DNA from: Klebsormidium nitens | Taxonomy: Eukaryota > Plantae > Klebsormidiophyceae | NCBI GenBank assembly: GCA_000708835.1 | Contig: DF237070.1 | Span: 122,701-186,700, forward strand | DNA length: 64,000 bases | Direction of reading: 5' to 3' | Shown: piece by piece, positions 36,301 to 48,710 of the stretch | Numbering within the stretch: position 1 is the stretch's first letter | How the letters are laid out: each line of letters starts with the position of its first letter | Notes under the pieces: generated by a model | Seen by the model: the letters and a program-made list of their open reading frames with translations, nothing else | Databases searched by the model: none | What the model was told of the DNA's origin: nothing | Position numbers and translations under genes: made by a program

Positions 36301-39300
36301 GCTAATGGCAGCTTTCTGACAGTGCTCCAAATCCGCTGAGTTGCTTTTTTGAATGCTGCAGGTGTTCGACTCGCTGGGGTATGTCTACAACATGGATGGC
36401 TTAGTGTAAGTCTTGAATAACCAAACTCCCTATCTTGCTGCAGTCCTGCAAAGACAACTGCTTGCGCTACTTCTATGCTTGGAACGTGGCTTTGCAAAGC
36501 ACCCAATCAGGATCTGCTGACTCTTCACCCGCTCACCCTGTCCTTTTACTTGATTGGGTGACTCTCTGTCCCTGTGAATCAAGGCCTAGCATTTTCCGCT
36601 CTTTTGCTCCGCTCTTTTTCTTCAATGATCAGTGGTTGTCAATCAAGGCCTGGCAGTCTTTAGCCTTTTCAAAGGTCGCCCGTTTTCTCGCAAGGCCTAG
36701 CAGTCCCTGAGCCTTTCTCCCATCTCTTGTTTCGGTATTGGTGGAGGCGAACGGCCCGCGACAACCGTCTTTTGGAAAACTGTTCATTTCTACTTACTTC
36801 GACATTACATTACGAAAGCAACGTTTGCAAGCAGAGCAGCCTTTCAAAAGGGCGTCCAAACCGCGTCTCTTTATCAATCTGCAGAGACGACTGGCTGAAC
36901 AGCGACCGGCTACTGATCATTACTCCACATGTTCTCTAAGGCAAAGCCATGCGTTGCAGAAAGGTTTGTTGCAGCTATTCACAGCCTTGATACTCTTATC
37001 TATGCCGATTCTGCAGAGGCAATTCGCGGGACAGCCACCAGCTACCGATGATTATTCACGATAGCTTTCCTTGAAATGGGAATCCAGTCATCGGAAATAA
37101 GATCCTTGAAGTCACTGGAAACTTAAACACCCATCATTTTTGTGATTTTTGCAGAGGCAACTCGCTGGATAGTCACCGGCTTCTAGAGTTCGCCAAGGAG
37201 CAGGACAAGCAGAACGAGGTGTGCGAGGAGCTGTTCCTCAACTCTTTCGTGCGGGCCAAGTACAACGGAGACATGTGAGCGCTTTCGAAAACGCGTCTCG
37301 ATTCGATCTGGGACTTCGGAGTTCGATTCTGGCTGGAGTCAAAGTTTGCAAGTTCTGGCTGCGAACAGAGAAGGAAAGCACCCACGAAGTACTGTAGACG
37401 CCCGCGGTTTAGAAATCGCTAAGGTTTTGAAGGAGAGGCTAAGTTTTGAAAGCTTCCACTCCGCAAGTCGGGTTGAAGTACCCTTGCGGGCATGCGGCAA
37501 TTGTAGACCGGAACGTTGATTTTGAAAATATCTGCTAAGTCACTTTTTGGTGACAGTAAGGACGTAAAACCTTGCTGACTCGTCTTTTGATTCCGGTACG
37601 AATGGTTGTGGCTCCCGCAATGCATGTAGACACAGCATCGAGTCACTTGTTCCGACCTCGTTTTGGAGGCGCTCGCGCACATTGTTCGTCTCACGTGCTA
37701 TGCGAGCAGAAGAGAGTCTCACGTCTCAGGAGCTCGGGACGTCTTGTGCTGCAAAAGTATATTTTAAAAATGGCTTCGCGAATCCAAAAGCGACAAAAGG
37801 AGCTTGGAAGAATCACTGCTGCGAAAAGAGCCTCAAAAGACGGATGAAAGGAATGAAGAACGATACGGAGGGCTGGGACCAAGAACAGCACATAGTTCTC
37901 AGGATTCCGTCCGCTGCAAAAAATACCGGCTGAAAAGGGAGTTTTCTTGGGCTAATTCCCGGCTTTGGTAGAGGCCACGAAGACCGGGGGCGTCACGGGG
38001 GCGCTAGGTTGCGGACAATCTTGAACATTTTCTGCTGCGAAAAGAAGATAGGAAAATGGGTAAACACAAAATCAAAAATCATCCCGAGAAAAGCGATTTG
38101 TTGGTGCTGGTGTCAGGGACAATCTGGTGGAGGCTGTGGATATAGCGGGCATCATGGGCGTGCTAGAATTGCGGACAATCTTGAACATCCTCTGCTGCAA
38201 ATAGAAGTTTCGAAACCGGTTCAGCACAGAAGTCGAGATCGTTTTAGAGAAACATTATTCGTTTGTGCTGGTGTCAGGGACAATCTGGTGGAGGCCGCGG
38301 AAACAGCAGGCATCACGGGCGCGCGGGAGTTCCTGGAAGATCCGGACGCCGGCCTGTCGCAGGTTCGCGACGACCTCCGGACGTACGCACGGGGGGTCAC
38401 CGGAGTTCCCCACTTCATCGTGAGTGCACTCTGCACTTTTCACTTTTAGGGGCGTCGTCCCGGTTTCATGTTTCGGAAGAGCAGCTTGGGTGCTTCTCGG
38501 GTTGTCTATTCTGGTCCTTTCATGCATCTGCGAGTGCGCGGGCGGTTATTTGGAGCTTCCACTTCATTGCGAGTGCACATTTGCGCTGTTAGGGTGGTCG
38601 ACATTCCTGTTTGGGTCATTCAGCAGCTTGGCTGGTACTTTTGTGTGCTTGTCCTTTGCTGCGAGTTGCGGCAGTAGGTACGCTTGAGTGCCTTGCCTTT
38701 TCCATTTCTTTGTCTTGTTCGCTTCGCTGGTCGGTGCGACTAGATTGACGTCATTCTCCTGTCACGATTGCGTGACTTGCCTTTTACGGTGTCTCGTCGT
38801 TCGCTTCTATGGTCGGTGCGAGTCAGAGTGACGTCATTTTCCTTCCCGCCCTTGATCCGCTCGTCATATATCCTTCTGCTTTAGTCTAGTCAGTTATAGC
38901 GAGAACCAGTGACAAAGTACCGTTCCGCAGGACAACATATCTAGCTCATACCGGGTGCATTTTGCTGGTCTCTTATGGACACGCCCCGTTTCGAAGTTAC
39001 GTCAGTTGATCTGTTGTCTAACGTCAGCAGAGAGCGCACTTCCCTTTTCGCTGCACCGTGCACTGCCTGCTGGAGTATCGTTGAAGTATTTGCATGCTTC
39101 CCCATTTCTTCGTGCTTCTCCTAGTCGGGGACCAATTCTAGCAGCCGCCATCTACGATCTCCGGGTGTATCACGCCAGCACGCCTCTCAGAAGCACTGCG
39201 ACCATTAGTGCCGCCAGCGAGATCCTGCATCGCATGGAGATGTGTGAATAACTATGGCTGTAGGCGTTTCTGCAAGCTGCACACTGGACGTTCTGCTGTC

Positions 39301-39827
39301 TTTGGGGATACATACAGCGGAGGCATTGCACGCGCTCCATAGGTCAAATCTAGGATGATGCGCAAGGGCTGTTCTCGGTCGTTTTCGTTGGTAACGTGGA
39401 CGAGGGTTGTGATTGAAGGGGTGTTGTAGAAAAGAAGAAGTGGCCTTACGGGAAGCATGATATGTCGTTGTCTTCTTTTTCTGCTCCTCCAACTGTTGTG
39501 ACCGGAGAAGGTGACAATGCGTCACGGTCATCGAGGATGCACTCCTCTCGAGGACTAGTGGATTCTCGTTTCTGACAAGGGTTCTCTTGACCTGACATGG
39601 GTTGTCTCTTAAGCCTATGATCTGTTTGATTCTCGTTTCCAAGGTCAAGCACCTCGTGACCCGACAAAGCAGTTGCTCAAATGACGTCCTCTTTTTACGC
39701 AAGCAGCCTTGACGCCGTATTCTACGTTTCGCCTCCACAGATCAACGGGCAGGTCGAGCTGTCGGGAGCTCAACCGCCAACTGCTTTGCTGGAGGCCTTT
39801 GAGGACGCCTTGTCTGCAGTGGCTTGA
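33339..39827 (+). CDS. DsbA-like / FrnE thioredoxin-fold oxidoreductase, 6 exons
   Basis: Exons 33339-33752, 35790-35930, 36362-36405, 37155-37274, 38278-38419 and 39741-39827, all GT-AG and phase-consistent. Motifs IDIVSDTMCPWCFVGKKNL (CPWC active site), WRPFQLNP, GNSLDSHRL, GVTGVPHFII (cis-Pro loop) and LSGAQP. Confidence 0.92.
33758..34450. repeat. Tandem ~345-bp duplication at the start of DsbA intron 1
   Basis: ccccctggcg..atgtgcgagcaggcactttttcttat...ctgttgaagtggtggaagtttgaaaaggacggctctttcattcc...gtggtgttgagccga occurs at ~33771-34100 and ~34117-34445. Confidence 0.92.
37990..38310 (+). repeat. Duplicated acceptor and exon-5 start of the DsbA gene
   Basis: gtgctggtgtcag|ggacaatctggtggaggc occurs at 38117 and 38278. 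ttgcggacaatcttgaacat occurs at ~38010 and ~38169. Confidence 0.88.
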
Positions 39828-41071
39828 GAGGAAATTTTCCCAAGTATAGCGGCATCAGCAGCAGTGTGTGACGCAGCGTGCCCACTAATCTCGTCTTAGA
39901 AGCGAAGATGTGGTATGGGTGCCACAAAAAGATCCATCGTTTGTGGGGCTCCCGGTAGCGACATCGAAAATGTAAACTTGATCTAAGCAAGCGCGAGCAA
40001 GAGAGAAAGCACAAGCCGGATACACGGGCATGTTTTGGAGGAGGGTATTATTTTCCTGAAAGTATAAGTGGCGGCCCTCTTGACCGTACAGAGGATGTAA
40101 CAAGGGAGCTACTTCAAATCTTCCTGTTTCATATGAGAGGTAGTGACAAGCTTTCATGCATTCAAGGAATTGAAGATAGACTTTTAGGAATCGAAGTCCA
40201 ACTTGGCAAGTGGCAACCGAGACATCAGGTATTGCAATTTGCACAAAAACGTTCATCATCAGCCATGCAGTATGGTGGAGTCTCATCCAAACAAAATGCA
40301 TTACAATGAAGAGAGCTACCTAGCCACATGTTCTCGCACATGCTAGGCGCTCTTGGACAATTTCATGGCTTAGTATACCTATACCTATATGCAACACTCT
40401 AAAAAGATCCATCGGACATCCTTGACAGTCATGCAAGGCTGCTTGTGCTGATCACCAATTTTTGTCCCTCATGCCTTCAAGTTGTTTTGTGAAACTTGGA
40501 GTCCGATTATTACTTGCAGCGCGCGCGCGCGCGCCATGTTTTTCAGCGGGGATGCCCATTTTCTGCCAGCCTTCAAGGCAGCATCGTAGTGTTGATGCAT
40601 CGGTGGGGTAGATTTATAATGCTGAGCAAAATCTGCCGCTACCTATCCTGGTCCTATCCTGCAGGACAGCATTGCAGTTCGCCCCACACCCCAATTTTGT
40701 CTGCGAAAATTAAAGCACAGTGCACACACACTGTTCAGCGGAGGGCGAAGGTGGCCCCATTGGAATTGGCATAAGGCTCTGCCTTGGGAAGAAAATTGTG
40801 TGCAGCTCAGCAGGCCTCGAAGCCCTCCTGTTTGAGCATGTTGCTGCAGGTAACGTAGATCCCCTTCACTACAAGCCAACCTTCTCAAATCCGAGAAGGT
40901 CAGAATGTAGAATGTTGCTGTTGGATTCCCAAGTATGCCACCAATTTAGAATGTGAGAAGTACTCTCCAAGGGGTCTGGCGCGCAGCTAGTCATTCTTGA
41001 GGAGCCGGATATTCATGATCCTACAGTCTGCTCTACAGCATTACTGTTGCTTCTCTGAATAGATTCTGAAC

Positions 41072-44000
41072 ATGGCTCCTCGAATCACAGAGACGATATA
41101 CAAAAATTCAAAAATTGAGGAGCTCATCCAGTCTTTGAAGCTCGTGATGCTTCATGCAAAGGAGGCAAAAATACGCAAGCTGGGCTCTGACGAACAAGTG
41201 TACAAAACTCGAGCAAAAACCAAGGACAAGCCTGAATTGGTAAGTATGCGCACTCTGAGGCACATGTTCCTCAGTGCACAAAGAGCTGCGCAGCCTAATC
41301 AGCTGCTCTGCAGCATTGCCATGTCAATTGCTATGGTAGCTAGCTGCCACCTTTGAGCAGGCACACTCAGTCTGATAGAACAATTCATTCCGTTTGCTCA
41401 GTCTGAGGTGATACTATTGGACAGGCTGGCAGCGCAGGGGGATCATCTTGAGCCCTTCCTGACGATGGGCCCCATAGCTATACCAGCTGGCTTTGACAGA
41501 TTTCCTGCAGTTCAATAAGGCCAAGATTTGGGTCATGGGGGAAGTCATAGGCAATCAGAACACATATACCCCTCCAGTATGCTTTCCAGTCGCCCCAGTC
41601 CTCTATAGGTTGACCTTGATGTCTAGCAGCTGTCCCCTGCCTCATTCAGCCAGCCTCCTTGCAGGTCCCCGACTATCACACAAGAGCCAACCCCAAGAAG
41701 CACGATGGCACCCCCGCCCACTTCCACGAGCGCATCCAGCTCTGGGGGCAACGGGGCATGCTAGCCGTTCTTGAAGAAGCGGGGCGCGAAATCGCAGAAG
41801 ATGGCCCCCAAACCGTCCAAGCACTGGCCTTGGCTCTCAGGGAAGAGGTAGCGTCAGCCCGAGCCCTGGCACAGAACGACGTTGAACAGTACATCCAGTG
41901 GCTGGAGAGCTTGTTGCCCGCAGTGGCGCCGGCCAATGGAGGCGCAGAGGGGGGACAAGGACTGAATCCCCCATGTGAGGACGCGCCTGCATCATCTGCC
42001 CTGCCTACTGGTGCCCCGTCGCATGCACAAGGCAGCCCCTTGGGGCAGTGCCACAACAAGCAGGATGAGCGGCGGGTGTGCCTGCAGCCCCCGCAGGAGG
42101 CGTTCAGCCAGGGGGTGAAGAACTCCCAGACAAGCATGCCAAGCGGCCAACAAGAGGGGCCAGGCAGCTCGGCGGGGAGCGAACATTTGTCAAATTGGAG
42201 GCAGGCAACATGGGCCTTACATGCGTCTCGTATGATGAGAGGTGCGCTGGTCCAGAGGAGGAACAAGCCTGACGCTGTCAGTGGAGAGGTAAAGTGCCCT
42301 TGTGGCTTTGCGGCTTGATTGCGAGTTCAACTCTGTATGTGAGGTGCTCATGCCCTTGGATCTGAGCAGGATGATGGCACTACTGAAATTGAACGATTCG
42401 AGTTCGATCCTTCAGGGGGCTGATCACCGTTTGGTTGGACAGCTGTTTGTTGCCGTGAAATTCTCACACTAACTGTCCTTGTCCCTCTCACTTTGGTCTG
42501 TTGTTAGCAGAGCTTGTTTTGCTTGCACTTCTCCAAGCAAGACCCAGCTTTTGTATTTTATGTTCTTAGAAGCTCCAACTTCGTTCCTCCAGACCTCTGT
42601 CCCCTCCCAACAGCTGAGTGACATTGAGCACAGCGTGCAGGACGTGCTAAAGGACCTTCTGCAGCAGATCGAAGACGGAGATAGGATCTGGTCTTGGTTT
42701 AAGGACAAAGTGCTAGGGGGATGTGTGGAGCAGGAGAATCGTCGGAGCTGGAAGGAGGGGCTAGTGGATGAGATCGAGAGAGCCTTAGGCCTTGGCAGGT
42801 AAGGCGTTTGCTTTTGACGATCATCTTCATGTTTGGCTGAGGGTATCCGTCGTCGTATATGCTTTGGTGTCTCAATATCCAAATTGTTGGCTTTCAAAAG
42901 CGTAGAGAATCTGGTCGTTGGTCACCTTCTTTGTGTCTCTTGTTTTGTAACACCGGCGTGACTAGGTCACGCGCCCTAGGGGAGTAAGAGGTCCAATCTT
43001 GTAATGTTTCCAGGTCCTGGTCAAAACCGGGGTCTGTCATTTCCTCTTCAGTGCTGTTCCTTCACTTCGTTTCCGTATCAATGATCTCACTACAGGCCAG
43101 GAGCTTCACCGTTTGTGGATTTTCGGTGTCAGCTTCTGGCGCTGTCCGGTGTAGTCCCTCCTGTAGAATATCTGAGATACTGAGACTTCGCCTTACCTCG
43201 TCCAGCGTCAGCGAGCTCTGCAACTGCAGCCTCTGGGCTTCACTCACCGAGTTTCATCCTCGATGCAGTAGATTACTCGGAGCGGATTTGAGTTGATGCT
43301 CGGTGGACCGTCAGATTCTTTGGCTACTGTTTCTGTAGAAGCAAGTGGAAGTCGTCCTTTTACTTCTGTCGTCAAAGCTGTATCAAAGCCGGCCGCTGGC
43401 CATGCTGACCGGGATTCTTGAGGGTTCTCGTGGCTCGCTTTTGCAACGTGTGCCAGTCGAGATTCCTATGTTGAAAAGTCCCTAAAGAGGGGACGAACCT
43501 CCCTTTTCGGCAGTCAGGATAGAGCAACGGAAGCTAGGTTTGTCGATTTTGCATTTCATCTTGCACAGAAGCTTTCATGTGCAGGCTTGCTTTCTCACAA
43601 GGTATCCTCGTGGATTTGTTTCTCGCTTCTATTGGCAAGTGTTATGCTATTTGACTCGGTTCGGGGTTCTGCGATCGTCATATTCGCATGTTACAACTCT
43701 TCTGGATTCTGTGTTTGCCCTCCACTTTCGGTGGGGCCCTGCGTTCAAGTTGAGTTTTTGCATGCCATGCATTTTGCCTAATGCATACCAAGCACTATCC
43801 AATCTGCGTCCTGTGCTCTGCTGGGGCTGACTGCGATGCAGGTTTTTGCTAGCGATTCAATCAACAGTGTCTTCTTTGTCACACCATGTTGACTTCTGTA
43901 TGCACCCCCCGCCTCGCCGTCTATCTTGTTCCAATCAAATGCGCAAGAAGCTTGCTTGCGCACTTGTGCCCCACCCGGCCAGCTCCAAAGTGAGCTTCTT

Positions 44001-47000
44001 TCTGCCATTGCCTGCACGGCCGAGCCCCATTCCTCCGTCCCCCTTGCAGGCCTTCCATCACGCCTAGCCACGCCCGGCGTCTCGGTTACGCTCTCCAATC
44101 CTTCAAGGCGGCCGGAGACACCACTTCCAACCTTGACACCTCCAGTCTCAGCCGCAGCCTCTCTGACGTCCCAGCGACTGGCTCGCACGTCGCCGAGGGC
44201 GTGACACGTGGCTCTGCTGACGTGGGCGAGGTCGTCACTCAGCCGGACGACGGCCTCAGGGCGCCCTGCGCCATGGACATCGACATACCGTCGCCTGGGA
44301 CGCCTGCCAGTAGCGCAGCGGGCGCGTTCGAGCCGCAGAAAGGTGACCACATCTGTGCGATGCTGCAGTCGGCTGGTGAGGCTGTCGCCTCCCACGTGTT
44401 GGACTCCTTACTCAGAGCGAAGAGCCACTGATGTCCCCTGCTTCGCTCCAATCCCCGTCGGGGGCTGGAGTTTCATTCAGAAGATTGCGAATGTCAAGAG
44501 CAGCTGACTGGAGCCATGATGTCTATTGTGTGGCAGACCGCGAAATGAAGCGGCTGGGAAAGCCCGCCCCCTTTCTTTCCGTCGCAGTGACGGCGCAGCG
44601 CACGACCGGGACATCCGAGAAGGGCTTCAAGCTTTCGCCCGGGGAGGGGGGCCGGGCGGGCCGGAAGCCGCCCGTGACATATGTGCCACTCGAGTTGACG
44701 GGAAAAGTGACGGACGGCAAGCCCGCCCGGGCGCAGGTGGGCGCCCGCTAATTTTCGTGAACGTGGTAACTTTCCAATTAGTAAGCCCAATGATAGTAAG
44801 ATCTTTTGGACCATAACGTTGAATAGTAAGGTTTTTGTTGGGTTTCACGAAAAGCCTAACCCAAAAGAGCTCCCGCATCCACCCTGACCACCTTAGCAAC
44901 CCAACCCGTTCCAATTCCGTTCACTGGGCTTATCTGTACGAAACCGATTGGGATGTGAACGTGCTCTTGGAGCTTGGTACTCTGTCCTCATCATTCCGCC
45001 CGATCGAAAAGCTCTCAGGGTTTTTTCCAAACCTGTTGTGTTTCCTGCCGATTCTGGCCGCCTCGACAATTTCGACATGCAGGTCGTGTTTCGTGAACAA
45101 GTGTGCGGGCGAGTCGTTTGCTCTGTAGCCAAGTGAGCGAGGAAACTCTGCACCGATTTCGATCCTGTTTCCCGCGGCAGTCGTCTTCTTATCAAGGGTC
45201 CTTCCGTCTCTCCTGAGCAGGTGTACGGACGGACCTTGGTGCTGTCGCGGCCCCGCCCAGGCGAGGTTCTTGCCACGTGGGAGGTGTGCCCGCACCGCGG
45301 CGCATCGTTGGCCGGGCGTAACAAATGCGGCCTTGAGTCCAACCCCGGCGGATTTAGCCAGGAGAAGAACTGCCACCTCGAGCCAGTCAAGGTGAGGCAG
45401 ATTTTGTACGTGGTTAAGACGTTGTCGTAGGCCTTTTCACCTATGAAGGGACGTCATAGAATCAAAGTGAAGTTTCCCGGGATAGTCACATGTCCTATGT
45501 GCGTTGAGTCAAAACGACGACGTTGATTACCGTGTGTACTGAAATCAAGCGGCAAATGTGTTTGTGGCGCATTCCCTTTCCCTCGTGCACGAACGCATTC
45601 CTGCTTTGCGTGGTGTGAGATGCCGCCCTTTTCCCTGTTCCAAAACGAGTACGCATACTAGTCCGTTGACTCTGCCCAGCTTTTGTACGCAGGTCTTGGA
45701 GGCCAACGGCATAATCTGGTTGGAGGAGGAGGTTTCGGTAACGGACGCGACAGATGTGGAAGTCCCAGAGCTGGCCTCCTGGCTGCGTCCTGTCAACGTG
45801 CCCCTGGGGGCCGAACCCGTGGCCCCCATCGCGAGTGCCACCCCCGCCAAGAAGGGCTCCTTGACTTTGTTACTGGAGCGCTCAAGGCAACCGGAGGGGG
45901 CGGGAGAGGAAGGCGTGGGAAACGGAACTGGAGCGATGGACGAGGATGACGAAGCGCTCACGTCAGGCGTCAGCAAGCGCGCCCGCGATCTGAGGGAGGG
46001 TTCGGCCGGCGAAGCAGGGACCAAGAGGCAGAGGCCGATGCAGACAAGCATGGGCTTTGGGTTTGACCCGGGCAGTCCCCTCGTGCAAGCGCTGGATGAG
46101 CGGAATATCCCATCCGGCGCCCTGGAGAGCCCCCTGCGAAGTCATGCAAGCCGGGCGGCCAGCTTCCAAGCGGCTGACGAGGACAGCGATCTTCACGAAT
46201 TCCTCGAAAGCATGTCTGACCAGACGGGCAAATGGATCTCGGACGAGGAGGCAGTGCCGGTTCTTGCGATCCGCGCGCGGGAGCTGCTGAGTGTTCTCCA
46301 ACGGGAGCGCATGCACGACAGTGTTGGGTACTGCAGGGCGACCCTCGCCGCAGAAAGGCTGCGCCCTGTAGTGGACTGCGTCTGCGACGTGTCCGCGGTC
46401 CTTTGGGGCGGCGAATGGGACCCGAAGAAATTGAGTTCAATGCTCGGTGCTCTTGTTGCAGCTCTGCCACTGCCCCATGAGGTGAGCTGAAGCATTGATC
46501 GAAATAAGAGTTTTTGTCAAAGAGAGGGTAGGGTCTCAAACTTGTGGTTTGTATTCAAGCCACCTAGACCTTCTTCGTGTCATTGGGGTAGGGTCTGAAT
46601 CTGCTGCAGCCGTATGCTACTCTTTGTCTGTGCTACCTGTGGGGGCAAGAACACGCATCTGTGTCTATCTTGGATCTCAGTAGGGCTCTCACAGCGGGTC
46701 CACATCTAATTATCAGGTGCAGTCAGAACGTTTGCCAGATTAGTTAGAATTCTTTAGAGCTGCAATCAGGACAATCCGCAACCCTCTCGTCGAGCAGACT
46801 GCAATCGTTCTTGGAAGATGTAGATGCCTTGGGAGCTTTTCTTCTCACGACCAACCCGTAAGTCGTTCGTTTTTGTAGGGATTTTTTGAAACCCAGCTCT
46901 CCTCGAGAAAGTAGGAATCCCGGCACCGTGACCCCGGATCCAAATCAGGTTGGCCTTTCAAGTAACCTCTCGTTCTTTCAGGGCCTGGCGGACCTTGAGT

Positions 47001-48710
47001 CCGAGGAGCATTGGATCCAGGTAGCCAGAAGGCTACACGATCTCGTGGATCGCTTCAACGTACCCGAAAAGTTCTTGGAGGTAAGGAAGCAATTGCTTTT
47101 CGTGACTCCAAATCACATGGTCTGGCTCTCGGTACACTCACTGTGGTTGTTGCAAACCTCATTGGTCCAGCGGGCACATCGATCTGATTGCCGGTTGATA
47201 GTGTGCTGGTTAAGATTGATGAATCTCTGTAAACTTAATCTGGGCTGCTTGGCTTCTAACAGTGCCGATTCCACCCGCCGTTTCGGGCCACATAACATGA
47301 GGTTGCTGATCGAGCATCCAATCTGAAGTCAAGGCGGATGACGTCATCCCATCTCTCCCACAAGAAACCGGCCACGCTCCAAGCTGGGGATAATAGGCTC
47401 GTCGTCAGCCTGAGGGTTCTATGTCGCCACTTGTCCTGCATTCTAGACCACAGAGATCCGCGGGCCAACACTGGGGCGCAACTTTCCGTGACTGCTGAGG
47501 TCATTGCTTGCATATTGACGATCCCAGTTGACCCGTGTTCCGACGAGCAGGGCCCCATCACTCATCATGAACACCTGCCATCAAAGTCCTGACGTCACCT
47601 TCAAGAAACTCATCCTCTGCTACCACGTGTCCCTATTTGCAGGACCCGTTGGTCCAGGCCCGGCTGGCGGCCGCGCATCAGTCGCTCGCGCGCGCCTTGG
47701 AGCGCGCGGGCCGCACGGCCGAGGCCGCAGCCGAAGACGATAAGGCCGACGCGATTCACAACTGGGTGTGCATCTTCCCTGCGCCGGGCCACACCCTGGT
47801 GCAACCGGAGATCTGCTCCATTACGCGGCAGCCGATGAAGGATCCGGTCATCATTGAGTCGGGACACACGTTTGAGAGGGCCGCCATCGAGCGCTGGTGA
47901 GGCAGCGACGAGGTTCTTGCACTGTCAATGGGCCGGAGCAGACCTGATGCTGAAAGTTTAGGGCTTGTTTGTGCTTGTCGCCATCGAGAGAAGGACGCAC
48001 TTGAAACTTTGTCACTGTTCTTACCTGAGCTCTCAAATTTCCATTCGCCGCCTGTTGTTGGGTGGCTTCACGCTCTTTCCGGGAACTGCTCGCACGACGA
48101 TTTTCGAGTTCGAACGGGCAAGTCGTATCTGCCGACGCAGCCAACAGTTGGCAGAATTATGACGAAGTAACCAAACGGCCAGATTCTTGATTGCTCGTTG
48201 CACCAGGCGAGCTTGCTTCGCTCTCAAGCGCTTGCTTATACAAAACAACGACGCAACAACACAGACTGACCAGGCTCAGCGAATCCGGCTCACAGGTTCA
48301 AGAAGCACAACACCTGCCCGATCACGCGCGTGAAACTGAGGCGCCGCACAATGATCCCGAACAAGGCGGTCAAGCAGTACACCGACCTCTACAACGCCGC
48401 GACGGGCGGCTGGATCCCGACCCCCACGTGGTCCGATCCGGAACCCACTCCACCTGAGAGCAACATCAGAGATCCGCTCAAGTTTTCAAGTGCTGATATG
48501 GAGGCCGTGTTTGGGGTTCCGAAGGAGGTTTTGAAGGAGACGCAAACCTGGCTTGCGGATGACGGGGATGGGTCTCTTAACTTGGAGGCGTCGTTCAATG
48601 AGCTGACAGTGACGGACGGTGGGGCTGCGCCGACGGCGGGTCTGCGCGAGGAGTGGGTGGGAGGAGGGGAGCCGATTTTGCCTGGCTTGGAGGTGGAAGT
48701 TGGGTCTTGA
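41072..48710 (+). CDS. Large multi-exon protein with a degenerate Rieske-like module, a helical/TPR-like region and a C-terminal U-box (putative E3 ligase); one internal junction unresolved
   Basis: Exons 41072-41240, 41665-42288, 42593-42798, 44050-~44342, ~44504-44736, 45221-45391, 45693-46481, 46982-47080, 47643-47896 and 48296-48710. The U-box reads ICSITRQPMKDPVIIESGHTFERAAIERW|FKKHNTCPITRVKLRRRTMIPNKAVKQ. Phases match from 44736 onward. The U-box is high confidence; linkage of the N-terminal half is less certain. Confidence 0.7.

Noticed and set aside
42956-42979. Helitron 3' end (hairpin gcgtgac-tag-gtcacgc followed by CTAG)
   Set aside because: The hairpin is only ~3 nt from CTAG, the next base is not T, and no matching 5' TC end or second copy was seen.
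43540-43960. PHD-finger-like Cys/His words (FCVCPPL, FCMHPP) in intron 3 of the U-box gene
   Set aside because: No complete C4HC3 spacing in any frame, and exons 3 and 4 join in phase without them.
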